Source of the DNA: Octopus sinensis
Taxonomy: Eukaryota
Direction: 5' to 3'
DNA: 64,000 nt
Assembly: GCF_006345805.1 (NCBI RefSeq)
Contig: NC_043012.1
Coordinates: forward strand, 11,904,001-11,968,000
Part shown: one piece after another, positions 9,956 to 24,144 of the stretch
How positions within the stretch are numbered: position 1 is the first letter of the stretch
How the letters are laid out: each line of letters opens with the position of its first letter
The notes under the pieces: model-generated
What the model was told of the DNA's origin: nothing
Seen by the model: the letters and a program-made list of their open reading frames with translations, nothing else
Database searches by the model: none
Program-made: the position numbers and the translations under genes

Positions 9956-12669
9956 TTTAAACCGATCTAGATCTATATTGCAGAATTTTTACAAAAGTAG
10001 CTACAGCAGAAAACACTGCTGTGTATAAAATGTAAGTTAACAGAACACAAATAACGATAATGAAAATATCCGATGTGATTATAGTAATAAACTATGCAAC
10101 CCCATCCCAACCGCAAAACAAAACACACACACACATAGACACACATACACAAACAAAAAAACACACAGTACAAAATTAGCTTATGGGTGTTCTAATTCGT
10201 ATTTAGGACTCGGTGGGGAATATTTTGTGCCTTTTCCTTAAAAAACCCCCCGCAGATTGTACGATATAAATATGAACCTATATATACTAAACAATGTTGC
10301 AGGATAATGCTGACTTTTATATATTAACATCTAAGCAAATCAAAATCTCGATTCGATTTCGAATAACAGTTTCAACAATTGCATTTAACTTCCTTTGAAA
10401 TGGTGCGAAAAGTACAAAAGCTCAGGTCATACAAGATGTCCAACAATTTGGTTCCGTACCAACGTAACATCATACGCTTTCGTTTGTTTCTTAAAGGGAA
10501 ACTGTCTCCCGCCGACCTTGTTGCTGTTCTCGTTCAGACCTAACCGTACAAACTGATTACTAAAGGCATTCTCGCCGAGACCACATGACACTTTCTTTTC
10601 AAATTCACTGCAATCTAATATGTTTTTCTTTTTAAATGTAACAAGAAGGCATTTTCGAGAGATTAGATTCTTATTTCTAACAAATCATGCAGTCACGTAA
10701 AAGCAGTCTTGTTCACTTATTTACGTGTAATTAAAATTTACGTGTAATTAAAATTTATTACTGTAGTAATATGTACAAGTAATAATCGTATGGGTGTGTG
10801 GTTATGAAGTTTGTTTCACACCCTTATAGTTTTGTGTTCGACTCCACTGTGCGACACCTTCAGGAAATGTCTTTTACAGTAGTTTTGATTCGGCGAAATT
10901 CTTGGTAATGGAATTTAGGTAGACAGAAACTGTCTGAAAATTCTCTGAAAACCTATCCCTGTTCTTGGTTGGTAGACTTAATCTGTTGGTTGGATTAGCA
11001 TCTCCGCACCGTCTTGGTGCACCTAATAATAGAGCCCACTCTTTTGTGAAGATTTTGGCCTGATCCCCGGTCTGAGATTACGTCTTCCTTTTCTCTCACC
11101 TGTCTGAGAAGGCAATGAGTACCGTGCTTCTTCATCTCACAGGTAAACAATTGTTTTTGTTCGCTTGCAATGTTGACTTGAAATTCTTCCATGGACGAAA
11201 GACATGCAGTAAGCAAAAGAAGTATCCCCCTTTCCTCCTCTTCACCATCGCCATCGTCGTCGTCATCGTGAACATCATCATCATCAAGGTAACAATTGTG
11301 TACAGTAGGTTGTGTCTAAAAACGGTTACACGCAAATAAAAATATACATGAAAATGATTCCTAACATTGGCGGAAGGCCACATTTTGTAAGAGAGGAGGG
11401 CAGAGTCGATCAACATCGATCTCAGTATATGTCTGATATTCATTTTATTGATTATCGATTACCACCCCTCTGCAAAAGAAAAAAATAGCATAAAATAAAT
11501 AAGAATGACTATTAAACGTATGAAACCAACACAGTCCTCAAATTATTCCAATGAAAAACTACCAGACGACCAAAACAATAAACAGTATATGCAGCAACAG
11601 TCAATTACGAAACGCCGACGACGACTGCAACAACAACTGCAACAACTAAATGATAGAAATGTTTGTCCCCCTCTATGTTTAGCCCCTCGTGGGCAATAAC
11701 GAAATAAGAAATGATGAAAACTCACTGAAACAAGCTATAAAAGACATTAATAACATAACGATAACACGTTGAAGACGTAAAACAAGAAATTATTAAACAA
11801 ATATTAGACGAAGTCGTGCCAGCAGTTTGAAACACATAAACAGCCAAGATCAATAACTGATATATATATTTTTTAGTTGTTCCAAATTTTTAGGTAAGTG
11901 ACAGTCTTTTGATTTTGTTTTCGTTCAGTTCTCTCTATCATTTCTCGTGCTTATCATTTATAACTTATTCCCTTTTCAAGGAATTGCTTTATTTCATAAC
12001 GTATTTTTTCCCGTACTTTTATTTTCTAGCAATTTTTTTTTTGTTCATATATTTTATATTTTATACATACATAAGATCTCAGATTTACAAATGAGATATG
12101 AGATTCTGAAATTTTCAAGCTTTTCTTTAGAACATTAGCGATGTCGGTGAAGTGAAAATGAAAATGGTTTTCAACGGAAATCGAAAACGAAACCTTGTTG
12201 GAAAATCTATCCGTCACGATTTTCCACCTTATATGCCCTTAAGAACTTTCCTGTTTTCTTTGATATCTCATTTGTTTCCTCACGTCAGATGACGATGTTT
12301 TTGTTTACGATTCTTAGGCAAACTTTCTCTATACCGATTTTTGGTAATGCTTTCTCAATACTTCCTATCTGCATATTACTAACAAGTTTCGAGGTGAAAC
12401 TTATTCCAATATCAATTCAGTCTATTCTTTTGAAATAGTTGGGCTGTATTTGACTTGTTTTTGGTAATCGATGCCAACGCCAGAAGTTAGCTTCTTTTTA
12501 ATATTTTATATCACCTTTCTATTGTGAACAATCACTGGTTAACGGCGTTAAGGGATTTCCTGTATAATTCGGATGAAATGAATATCACATGGAACTCTGT
12601 TCAAAAGTAAAGATGGATCAATTCTCTCGCCTATGTTTACAAACTTCGGTGACATCTCCGAAATACATA

Positions 12670-13146
<477 letters not shown>

Positions 13147-13329
13147 TACATACACATATACATTCATACATACATACATTCATACATACATACATACATA
13201 CATACATACATACATACATACATACATACAAGAAATCTTAAAATAAAACTGGACAATGACATATATACATATACAAATAGATACATGTATATATAATAAA
13301 TATATTTCTATCTAGCTTCATTATCAGTG

Positions 13330-13635
13330 AAGGCGCATGGCTGTGTGGCTGGAGCGCGGAGGAAGTGGCTAGGATGACTGAACCAGGCTGTGTATTGTGT
13401 TCTCGGGGAAGTCACTTTATTTCATGAACTGCTCCAGTTCATTCGGTTGAAGAAATGAGTTACGACGTCACTGCTGCCAAGATGCATCTGCCTTTCGCTT
13501 GAACAACATCGGTGGTGTGGAGAGGGGAGGCTGATATGCATGGGAAACTGTTGGTCTTACATAAAAAAACAACCTTGCCCGGACTTGTGCGTCGAAGCGG
13601 AAATTCCTAGGTGCAATCCCATGGTCATTCATGAC
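13330..13635 (+). mobile_element. SINE family C head with an RTE-5'UTR-like body
   Basis: Head as at 4430 and 32010. The body GGTGTGGAGAGGGGAGGCTG..ATGCATGGG...CTAGGTGCAATCCCATGGTC resembles (from memory) RTE-clade 5' regions. Confidence 0.6.
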
Positions 13636-13691
13636 CGAAGGGATACTTTATACTTTGCCATATTTCTATCTGTCTGTCTATCTATCAACAG

Positions 13692-13725
<34 letters not shown>

Positions 13726-14005
13726 TATTCAGTAGTAAAGAGCATAGAGTCGGGTGCATAGAGGTATGAAAATATTTATGACTCTAAGAATTATATATTT
13801 TTTCTCTGCTACAATGAGCTAGTAGACATATTCAGAAAATGTTTGCCTTATCACGCGACACTCAAACGGATTTTTGATAGAAGACTAACTTTATTGCCAG
13901 ACAAAATTTGTGATTAATAGCTGACTTTGGCACTTAAATTGGTCAAGTAGCTCTACACTAAACACACGCGCGCGCATGCACATATATATGTATATATATA
14001 TATAT

Positions 14006-14056
14006 TCTTTACTTGTTTCAGTCATTTGACTGTGGCCATGCTGGAGCACCACCTTT
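14006..14056 (-). mobile_element. SINE family A 3' tail fragment
   Basis: CTTTTACTTGTTTCAGTCATTTGACTGTGGCCATGCTGGAGCACCACCTTTA. Confidence 0.85.
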
Positions 14057-14080
14057 ATGTGTATATATATGTGTATATTT

Positions 14081-14193
<113 letters not shown>

Positions 14194-14195
14194 GT

Positions 14196-14491
14196 GGAGG
14201 CGCAATGGCCCAGTGGTTAGGGCAGCGGACTCGCGGTCGTAGGATCGCGGTTTCGATTCCCGTTGTGTGTGTTCATTGAGCGAAAACAGCTAAAAGCTCC
14301 ACGAGGCTCCGGCAGGGGGTGGTGATCCCTGCTGTACTCTTTCACCACTCTTTCTCTCACTCTTTCGTCTGTTGGCCTGCTCGCTTAGCCAGCGGGGTGG
14401 CGTCATTCGAAGGCTAAAACAATGCGAACGCATTGTGACCAGCGATGTGTAACTACATCTGATGGACTGGTCGGTCACGTGATCACGTGAT
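14196..14491 (+). mobile_element. SINE family D, full length, tail type X
   Basis: A-box TGGCCCAGTGG and B-box-like GGTTTCGATTCC. The body is shared with 35420-35613 and 55745-55902. Confidence 0.85.
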
Positions 14492-14498
14492 ATATATG

Positions 14499-14536
<38 letters not shown>

Positions 14537-14571
14537 GAAACCACTCTAATTCCATTCACAGTATTGCAGTA

Positions 14572-14750
14572 GAAAAGCTCCCCTCTCTGACCACGACATC
14601 ACACTCTGCAACTTTAATTTCCGTCATCCCATCTCACTGCACTTATTTGACAACATAAACTTCCACAAAGTGGACTGGGGAGCAATCAGAAAGGATCTGT
14701 TCTTTATCGACTGGTCCTTCACTCTCAGTTACACTGACACTGACTGGTAC
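14572..14750 (+). pseudogene. LINE ORF2 fragment (end of APE endonuclease and linker)
   Basis: Reads APLSDHDITLCNFNF...NINFHKVDWGAIRKDLFFIDW. An SDH motif followed by 'NFxKxDW...IDW' is typical of CR1/L2/Jockey-group ORF2. Confidence 0.7.
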
Positions 14751-14887
14751 ATGTTTCAATGACTCCGAAAGGAGGAAAGATAAAATCGACGATCCCGGCG
14801 GCATTTGAACTCAGAACACGAAGACAGCCGAAATGTTGCTAAGCATTTCGCCCGGCCTGCTAACTATTCTACCAGCTTGCCGCCTGA

Positions 14888-14941
<54 letters not shown>

Positions 14942-15165
14942 CATCATCATCTTTTCCCCTCTAGGCACAATTTCCGAAATTTTGCGGGAGGGGCCAGTAG
15001 ATTAAATCGACCCCAGTACGCAACAAGTACTTAATTTATCATCGACTCCGAAAGGATGAAAGGCAAAGTCATCCTCGGTGGAATTTGAACTCAGAATGTG
15101 AAGACAGACGAAATGTTACTAAGCATTTCGCCTGGCGTGTTAACTATTCTACCATCTCGCCGTCT
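14745..15165 (-). mobile_element. Two SINE family B copies separated by (AAT)n
   Basis: 14745-14885 and 14955-15165 match family B. Confidence 0.85.
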
Positions 15166-15166
15166 G

Positions 15167-15196
15167 GAAAAAAAAAATAACAACAATAACAACAAC

Positions 15197-15243
<47 letters not shown>

Positions 15244-15510
15244 TGATGATAATGATGATAATAATAATGATGATAATGATGATAATAATAATAATGATGA
15301 TAATGATGATGATAATAATAATAATAATAATAATAATAGTAATAATAATAATGATAATAATAATATAATAATAATATAATGATGATGATAATGATGATGA
15401 TAATAATAATAATAATAATAATAGTAATAATAATAATGATAATAATAATAATAATAATAATAATGATGATGATAATGATGATGATAATAATAATAATAAT
15501 AATAATAATG

Positions 15511-15553
<43 letters not shown>

Positions 15554-15651
15554 TGATGATAATGATGATAATAATAATGATGATGATAATGATGATGATG
15601 ATAGTAATAATAATAATAATAATAGTAATAATAATAATAATAATAATAATA
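15167..15651. repeat. (AAT)n/(GAT)n trinucleotide array
   Basis: Direct reading; explains the poly-I/N/M ORFs. Confidence 0.98.
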
Positions 15652-16379
15652 CTCTTCTTAATAATAGCTATCATTATTATTGCTATTATTATCGATTAAT
15701 TGTTGTAGTTTCTTTCCGCAGAAATTCTTTATATTTTCTTTTGAAAAATTCTCCTTTGACATTCGATTCTTTTACAATTCCTATCGCTCTACAATAGTTT
15801 CGAATTCGCCAAATGACTGCACTCCGAACCGTTTATAAAGCAGTTGCATGCAGTTGCCGACGATTATTATTTTTTCAGTCTACCACATCAGTACAGCAGG
15901 TGTACGATTTTGTTATTAATTGCAGCTTTTGCAACATTTCATCGAAGTTGTAGCATTTGTGTTAGTTGTTGTATTTGTTGTAGATATTGTTATTGCCGTT
16001 GTTTTTGATAGCTTGTCTTCTATTAACTTTAGAATTTTCTTTTCTTGCTTCGCTTTTTGTTGAAGGAAACAATTCAACAAAGCTGTTTGGTTTTCAACAA
16101 AGAGTGTAATTGTTTATTTCGCCGGAACAATTTGGTCTTGGCTTATTTACAGATGAAATATATTTTTAAAAAATGTAACTTTGTTTATTCTTTTCCTATT
16201 TTATCAGAATGTTAATAATAATATAATTAACGATCATAATAATGCGAATCTGAGCAACAACAGAAGTGTTTTCTGTACATCTTAGAGATGTCGAATTGGT
16301 AAGAAAAACGCTAAAGGAAAAAAATAGCAATCGCATAAAAGCTGCAACAAAATGATTACGATAATTATGGCTTGGTACT

Positions 16380-16905
16380 TTGGTACAATGCCAGCAACAT
16401 TCGGAGGCGGAGGCAGGTCGATTACATCGACCTCAGTGTTCAACTGGTACTTAATTTATTGACCTCAAAAGGATGAAAAGCAAAGTTGACCCGGGTGGAA
16501 TTCAGAATGTAAAGACGAACGAAATACCTATTTCTTTACTACCCACAGAGAGGACAAACAAGGACAAACAAACGGATTAAGTCGATTATATCGACACCAG
16601 TGCGTAACTGGTACTTATTTAATCGACCCCGAAAGGATGAAAGGCAAAGTCGACCTCGGTGGAATTTGAACTCAGAACGTAACGGCAGACGAAATACCTA
16701 TTTCTATTTCTTTACTACCCACAAGGGGCTAAACACAGAGAGGACAAACAAGGACAGACAAATGGATTAAGTCGATTATATCGAGGTCGACTTTGCCTTT
16801 CATCCCTTTCGGGAATAAAATAAGTACCAGTTGAGTATCAGGGCTGATGTAATCGATTTATGTCTCCGGCCCACAAATTGCAGGCCTTATGCCAAAATTT
16901 GAAAG
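16380..16905. mobile_element. SINE family B concatemer (three minus copies) fused to a plus copy
   Basis: Units at 16380-16527, 16528-16696 and 16697-16784 (-), then 16785-16905 (+). Confidence 0.9.
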
Positions 16906-17534
16906 CAAATTCAATTTAGTTACTAGCTTAGGATTCAATGTTTAATCCTTTAGTGTTCAGATTACTCTGTTAAATGTAATAATTTCCCCTCAAATTGTTT
17001 TGAATTACTCATGCATTATCTTACAGCTTTGAAGTTTCAATGATGTGATTGCTTATCTTTAGGATGTCAATGTAGGTTAGGTGTGAGAGGTTAGATATGG
17101 CTAGTTCAAATATAAGAACAAGTAGAATATCTGGGCCGGATGTGGACGGTTTAAACACTAAAGGGTTAACCCCAATATTTCCTTATTTAATTTAGCAAAG
17201 TGTGATTTAAGGGCGATTTACCAATTACATATTAAACGACTACGTGTTGGAGTTAAACTGGGTGATATACTAGATCAACCGTTAAATGCTAGGCTTGTCC
17301 ATACCTGAAAGTAAAAGAGGAGACCTTCGACCAGTTTACTCAATTCTACGAGATTGATAAATTTGACTGGTTTACACAACTTCACCTCGATTTTGGATTA
17401 AACATCACAACATCACATTTCCTTCCTCGTTTATTGTATACGAACTTTTATAAAGTATTAAGCGAAAGAAATACTTCTTGCCCCAAACGAATGAATATTT
17501 ATTTTTAACTACATTTACAAATGACTTCACATTA

Positions 17535-17621
<87 letters not shown>

Positions 17622-17775
17622 TTCTATTATAATAAACATGTCTAATATCTTTTATATATATATATTTATATATATATATATATATATACATACATGTAGA
17701 CGAAAACTGAAAGAAAGGGTGGAGTCTTCGACTTGGCCTGAGCATGGACTCAAACCCAAATGAAATGAAATGAAA

Positions 17776-18005
17776 TGAAAGCCCGTCGTATATATGTATA
17801 TATATGTGTGTGTGTGTTTGCGTCTGTGTTTGTCACCCCAACATCGCTTGAAAACCGATGTTGGTGTATTTACGTCCCCGTGGTTCGGCAAAAGAGACCG
17901 ATAGAATAAGTACTAAGCTTACAAAGAATAAGTCCTTGGGTCGATTTGCTCGACTAGAGGCGGTGCTCCAGCATGGCCGCAGTTCAAATGACTGAAACAA
18001 GTAGA
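17776..18005 (+). mobile_element. SINE family A, 5'-truncated
   Basis: GAAAGCCCGTCGTATAT...GACTGAAACAAGTAG. Confidence 0.9.
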
Positions 18006-18060
18006 AGCGTGTATATGTATGTAGGTATTACATAAACATACATACAAAAATATACACGTA

Positions 18061-18231
18061 GGCGCAGGAGTGGCTGTGTGGTAAGTAGCTTGCTAACCAA
18101 CCACATGGTTCCGGGTTCAGTCCCACTGCGTGGCACCTTGGGCAAGTGTCTTCTACTATAGCTTCGGGCCGACCAAAACCTTCTGAGTGGATTTGGTAGA
18201 TGGAAACTGAAAGAAGCCCGTCGTATATATG

Positions 18232-18264
<33 letters not shown>

Positions 18265-18486
18265 ATATGTTTGTGTGTCTGTGTGTCCTCCAACATCGTC
18301 TGACAACCGATGCTGGTGTGTTTACGTCCCTGTCACTTAGCGGTTCGGCAAAAGAGACTGATAGAATAAGTACTGGGCTTACAAAGAATAAGTCCCGGGG
18401 TCGATTTGCTCGACTAAAGGTGGTGCTCCAGCATGGCCGCAGTCAAATGACTGAAACAAGTAAAAGAGTAAAAGAGTAAAAAGAGT
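18061..18486 (+). mobile_element. SINE family A, full-length reference copy (tRNA-derived, CORE-like segment)
   Basis: A-box TGGCTGTGTGG, B-box GGGTTCAGTCCC, ACCTTGGGCAAGT (resembles the CORE-SINE domain), internal microsatellite, and AAAAGAGT repeat tail. Confidence 0.92.
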
Positions 18487-18533
18487 ATGCGTACACACGT
18501 GTCAATATACTATTAATACGATCTCGCTTTTTC

Positions 18534-18576
<43 letters not shown>

Positions 18577-19019
18577 CCCTTTTTCTCACATAAACATACA
18601 TATATGCACTCATGCACATGCCTCAAATTTATTATTCACAAAAAGCAAGTATGAACATGCATGGAGACAGATATATAAGAAATTTAATTATTTATGCACG
18701 AAAATATATAAATAGAACGCACACACACACACACACACACACACATACATACATATATACATACGCACATACATACATACAGACAGACAGACAGACAGAC
18801 AGAGAAGTACATACATACGCAAACACATATTTGTATGCACATCCATAGGCGTCCAAATGTGTGCGTATATGTCTTATTGATGTTTCTAATTACTGTACGT
18901 TTCATTGTGTGTGTGTGTGTGTGTGTGTGTGCGATGTGTTATAAGCATTTCCACAAAACCTCAACCAGTCTTTCAGTCAGTCAGTCTTTCAGTCAGTCAG
19001 TCTGTCAGTCTGTCTGTCA

Positions 19020-19052
<33 letters not shown>

Positions 19053-19139
19053 CCTGTTCCTCTCCCTCTCTCCCTCTCCTCTACTCCTCGTAACATCGTG
19101 ACTCGCTACTTGTTGATGCTGCTGGCTTTGTTAACGTCT

Positions 19140-19870
19140 AAATCCTAGGAAGCTGCATCTGCTGCTGCTGCTGCTACCGTTGTTGTTGTTCTTGTTACTT
19201 TTGTTTCCTATCACTGCAACCACCACTGCCTCTGCTGCTGCTACCGCTTCTACCGCTGCTGCTGCTACTGCTGCTCTCTCATTCATAGATCATGATACAT
19301 AAGCTTTTCTCTATCCATCCATTCTCTACTCCTTGCTCCCTTCCCTATCCTCCTCCTCCTTCTCCTCACTCGCTCACTTCTCTCCTTCCCCTTCCTCATT
19401 CGCTCTTCACCGCGAGCGACGCCATTAACCATCGCACCAGCCGTCGTCGCCGTCTTCGTCGTCCTCGCCATGACCATCCATCCTAACTGATTTATTGACC
19501 CTTTCCTCTCTTCACGTGCAGCGAACCTTATTGAACCCCCTTATGCATAAAATAACATGAATGGTCAGCGCCATCGCCGTAGCCGCCGCCGCCGCCGCCA
19601 CGACTGTGATGACGACGAGGAGGACGACATTCAACAGCACCACCACCACCACCACCACCACCACCACCTCAGCAACAACAACAATAACAACATTTGTTCA
19701 GTCACCACCTGCAGCTCTTCCACATCGCCATTATCGCAACCATTACCACCTCCACCCATCACTGCCACCGCTACCATTGCTGCCATTGCCTCCGCTATTG
19801 TCGCCACCGCCGCCATCACATCGATGTCGTTCAACGCCGCCATCATCACTATAAAGCCCACCATAATAGA

Positions 19871-19916
<46 letters not shown>

Positions 19917-20596
19917 TCGACAACACCGCTACTGCCATACCAGTATAAAGACCGCCGCCGCCGCCGCCATCGCCACCACTACCACCACCACTTCCGCCAA
20001 CGCCATCACTATCATCGTTATTCACACCATTACCACAACCACGACTATATCCTATACTGCTACCGATATAACCATTTTGAAGATAACAGCCACCATTACT
20101 ACCATTGTGAAAACCATCACTACCATCACAATGAACACCATTCTTAATACCACCGGTACCACCATCACCACCACCACCACCACCACCACTACTGGTACTA
20201 CCACCGCCGCCTCCACCAGCACCACCACTACAACTGCTACTTCTACCACTACCATTGAGAAAACTATCACTATCACTAAACACTACTGCTACTACTACTA
20301 CTACTACTATGACTACTACTACTACTACTGCTACTACTACTACTACTACTACTACTACCACTACCACTGCTGGTACTGGTTCCGCTGCCCCCACCATCCC
20401 CATTGATAAATCCACTGAAAAGAACTACAGCAATAGCCACAACCACCACCACAACTGCTACCGCCACGGCCCGCCACCTTCATCACAAGTGCCGTCAGCG
20501 CCACCTACGCAATCCACGCCATTACCGCCACTGTAACAACGTGCATATCGTTTGTCGTCTTCTTCCTCCTTTTCTTCTTCCTTGTTTTCTTTCTTC

Positions 20597-20632
<36 letters not shown>

Positions 20633-21450
20633 TTGTTGTTTTTCTTCTTTCCTTCTCTTCTTTCCTTTTCTCTTTTCCCTTTCTTTATTTTCTCCTGTTT
20701 TCTTTGCTCTTTACTTCTTTGTTTTCTTTCTTTCTTTCTTTCTTTCTTCCTCTTCTTCCTTTTTTTCTTTTCTTCTTTTCTTTTTCTTTTCCCTTTCTTT
20801 ATTTTCTTTCTTTATTTTCTTTCTTTATTTTCTTTCTTTATTTTCTTTCTTTATTTTCTTTCTTTATTTTCTTTCTTTATTTTCTTTCTTTATTTTCTTT
20901 TTCTTTTCCCTTTCTTTATTTTCTTTCTTTATTTTCTTTTTCCTTGTCTCTTTACTTTTTTGTTTTCTTTCTTTCTGTCTTTCTTTCTTCTTCTTCTTCT
21001 TCTTCGCCTGCCACCCCCATCAAACAATAGCACTTGCCAAAAAGTGGGTGACTCTTAGTGGTCGCTTAAACTTCTAGAAACAGCAGCCGAGTCTCTCCTC
21101 CCCCTTCACCACCTAGAATCACATCCTGCCGTCTTAGCGAAGAACACATTACATAATGTGGCCCTAAGTTCCTACTGCACAAGTAAAAAACAAAACAACA
21201 ACAAAAAACAAAACAAAACAGGATGGTTAAAGTTGGAATGTCTTAGATCAAAGATTTGCTTAATCAGAGCTGACCTAACGCTAGACAACAGCATTAGCAA
21301 CCACAATCATGCATCACTCTCACTACCACCACTTTTAAAAAATCCCACCACCACAACCACCACCACAATCACAATCGTCAGCAACATTAACACCCCTCCA
21401 CCACCTCCACATAATCACCTCTAATACCATCTCACCACCATTAGCACCAT

Positions 21451-21511
<61 letters not shown>

Positions 21512-21822
21512 CCACAAAGCCCATCGCCGCCACAACCACCACCACCACCATCAGCAGTAGCAGCACCAGCAGCAGCAGAATCAATACCAGCAGCAGCACC
21601 ACCACCACTACCACCACCACTACCACCACCACTACCACCACCACTACCACCACCACTACCACCACCACTACCACCACCACTACCACCACTACTACCACCA
21701 CCACCATCATCACCGCCGCCGCCGCCGCCCATAAATATTACCACCGCTAATATTTTCTCTAGACGGCACGTTTCAATAGACGCAAGCTTTCATCTAAAAC
21801 CCATGATAAACATCACCAGTAA

Positions 21823-21865
<43 letters not shown>

Positions 21866-22571
21866 GTCGTCGTTGTCATCATCAACATCAACAGCAGCAT
21901 CAACAGCATAAACATGAATAATATTACCGTCTTCACCTTTACTTACCATCACCACCACCACCACCACCACCACCACCGCTACGAATACATCAGCGTCACA
22001 ACTGCCGTTATCTCCATCGTAGAGATCATTTCAACAACCACTTCAGTCACAGCAGCCACAATCATCGTCGTCAGCATCATCATCATCACTACCATCATCA
22101 TCCTTATCATCATGATCATCATCATCGTCGTCGTCACCACCACCACCACCACCACCGCCATCGTCATCGTCATCGTCGTGATCATCAACATCGTCGCCTT
22201 CTTCATCGTCACCACCACCACCACCACCACCACCGCCATAGTCATCGTCATCGTCGTCCTCGCCGTCGTCGTCATCATCATCTCCGTGGTCACTACTGCT
22301 ACCTTTGGCATCTGCTCCCCCCCCCCCATCATAATCATCAACAACCATCAATGCCATAAACATGATGACTACAAGTACCGGTTAGACTCTACAACTACTA
22401 CTACTACTACCACCACCACCACGACCACGACCACGACCACTACCACTACTACTACTACTACTACTACAAGTAGTGTAACGCGACAAGAACAAGAGAAACG
22501 CAACAGTTTTTATCATCCTTGGAGAACATGGCAGATGCTTCTTACTCTTCCGAGTTTGTTTACTGCCGCAG

Positions 22572-22609
<38 letters not shown>

Positions 22610-23780
22610 CCTCGCTCTCACCGATACCACTACCATCACCGCCATCATACTGTAACTTCTATTTCTGCTGTAGTGTCTCTCGTTTCCTCTTCCTCTCTTT
22701 CCTTTCCTTACCAACACTATCACTGTCACAAACCACTTTGAACACTAGCGCAACCACTAATATTGTTACACGGACCAACACTCCTACTATCAGCACCATC
22801 GTCACCATCCCCATTACTAACATCCATACCACCACCACCACCACCACCACCACCACCACCACCACTAGCATCAACAACATCATGTCCACTTCCACCACTA
22901 TTATCACTACTATTATCGCCACTATCACCATCAAAAACAACACGACGATGACGACCACCACCACCACGACCACCTTAACCTCCTCCATCGCCTCCACCCC
23001 CTTCGCCGCCACCATCACTACAACCACAATGCTGCTACTACTGCTACTACTGCTCCTCGCTTGTTTACTGCTGCAGTGTGACTCTCTAACCAACACCACC
23101 GCAGTCACGAGCACTTAACATTAGCACCACCACCACCACCACCACCACCACTACCATTACTAGTGTTACAAAACCCACGACGACGGCGACCAATACTACT
23201 ACAATGACAACGACGACGACCACCGCCACAAACCACTGCCACCACCACCATCATACCGTTGCTGCTATTTCTGGATTGTTTACTGCTGCAGTGTATACCT
23301 CACTCTTACCACTACCACTGCTGTCACAACGATATTTAAAACTCCTCCCATCAACACCACCACGTTACAATACAACAACCATCAACATCACCTACACCAC
23401 CACCGGCAATGGAGGGCGGCAGCAGTGAGGGTATACACAGCAATAGTGGCAGTAGCACTATAAACGTTAGCGGGGGTGGGTAGTATTAATCGATATTGCA
23501 ACTACTATCACCGCTACCATCAGTACACCCATTGCTATCAATAATACTACCACCGCTACCACCAGTCGTACCATTTCTACCACAGATATTAACATACCAT
23601 GCTGCAATCCAAATATCCATCCATATTCTCAATTATCACAAACCAAATTTCTGTTACCATAGCAACTATTACTGTTACTCTACCTCCACAAGTACAATGT
23701 ACTTGTAACATTGGTGTGAATAATGTATTATTGAATCTGTGACTGCTGCTGATGCACCTCCTCCTCCTCCTCCTCTCCTC

Positions 23781-23824
<44 letters not shown>

Positions 23825-23825
23825 G
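19140..23825. repeat. 4.7-kb patchwork of trinucleotide repeats (CAC, TAC, CAT, CGT, CGC) with a polypyrimidine block
   Basis: Direct reading. The many poly-T/H/I/V/G ORFs here are repeat artefacts. Confidence 0.9.
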
Positions 23826-23849
23826 TGTTTCTTACCGTGTTAAATATCT

Positions 23850-24077
23850 TTTATCTTGTACTTGCTCCAGTCATTGGTCGGTGGTCATGCTGGGGCACCA
23901 CTTTGAAAGGTTTTAGCCGAATGTATTGACCCTAGTGTTTACAATTTTCTTGAAGTCTAATATTTATTCTATCGGGCTGTTTTGCCGAACCGCTAGGTTA
24001 CAGGTACGTAATTAAACGAACACCAGGAGTGAAGTGATGATGGGGAAAATGATAAAATAAAGGCACACGCACACATG

Positions 24078-24144
<67 letters not shown>

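Noticed and set aside
18061-18135. tRNA genes at SINE heads
   Set aside because: A/B boxes are present but no cloverleaf or acceptor stem forms, and the sequence continues into SINE bodies.
19557-20147. 196-aa ORF with His/Asp/Arg runs as a real gene
   Set aside because: It is built from CAC/TAC/CGC repeats, overlapping frames on both strands are equally open, and no domain is recognisable.
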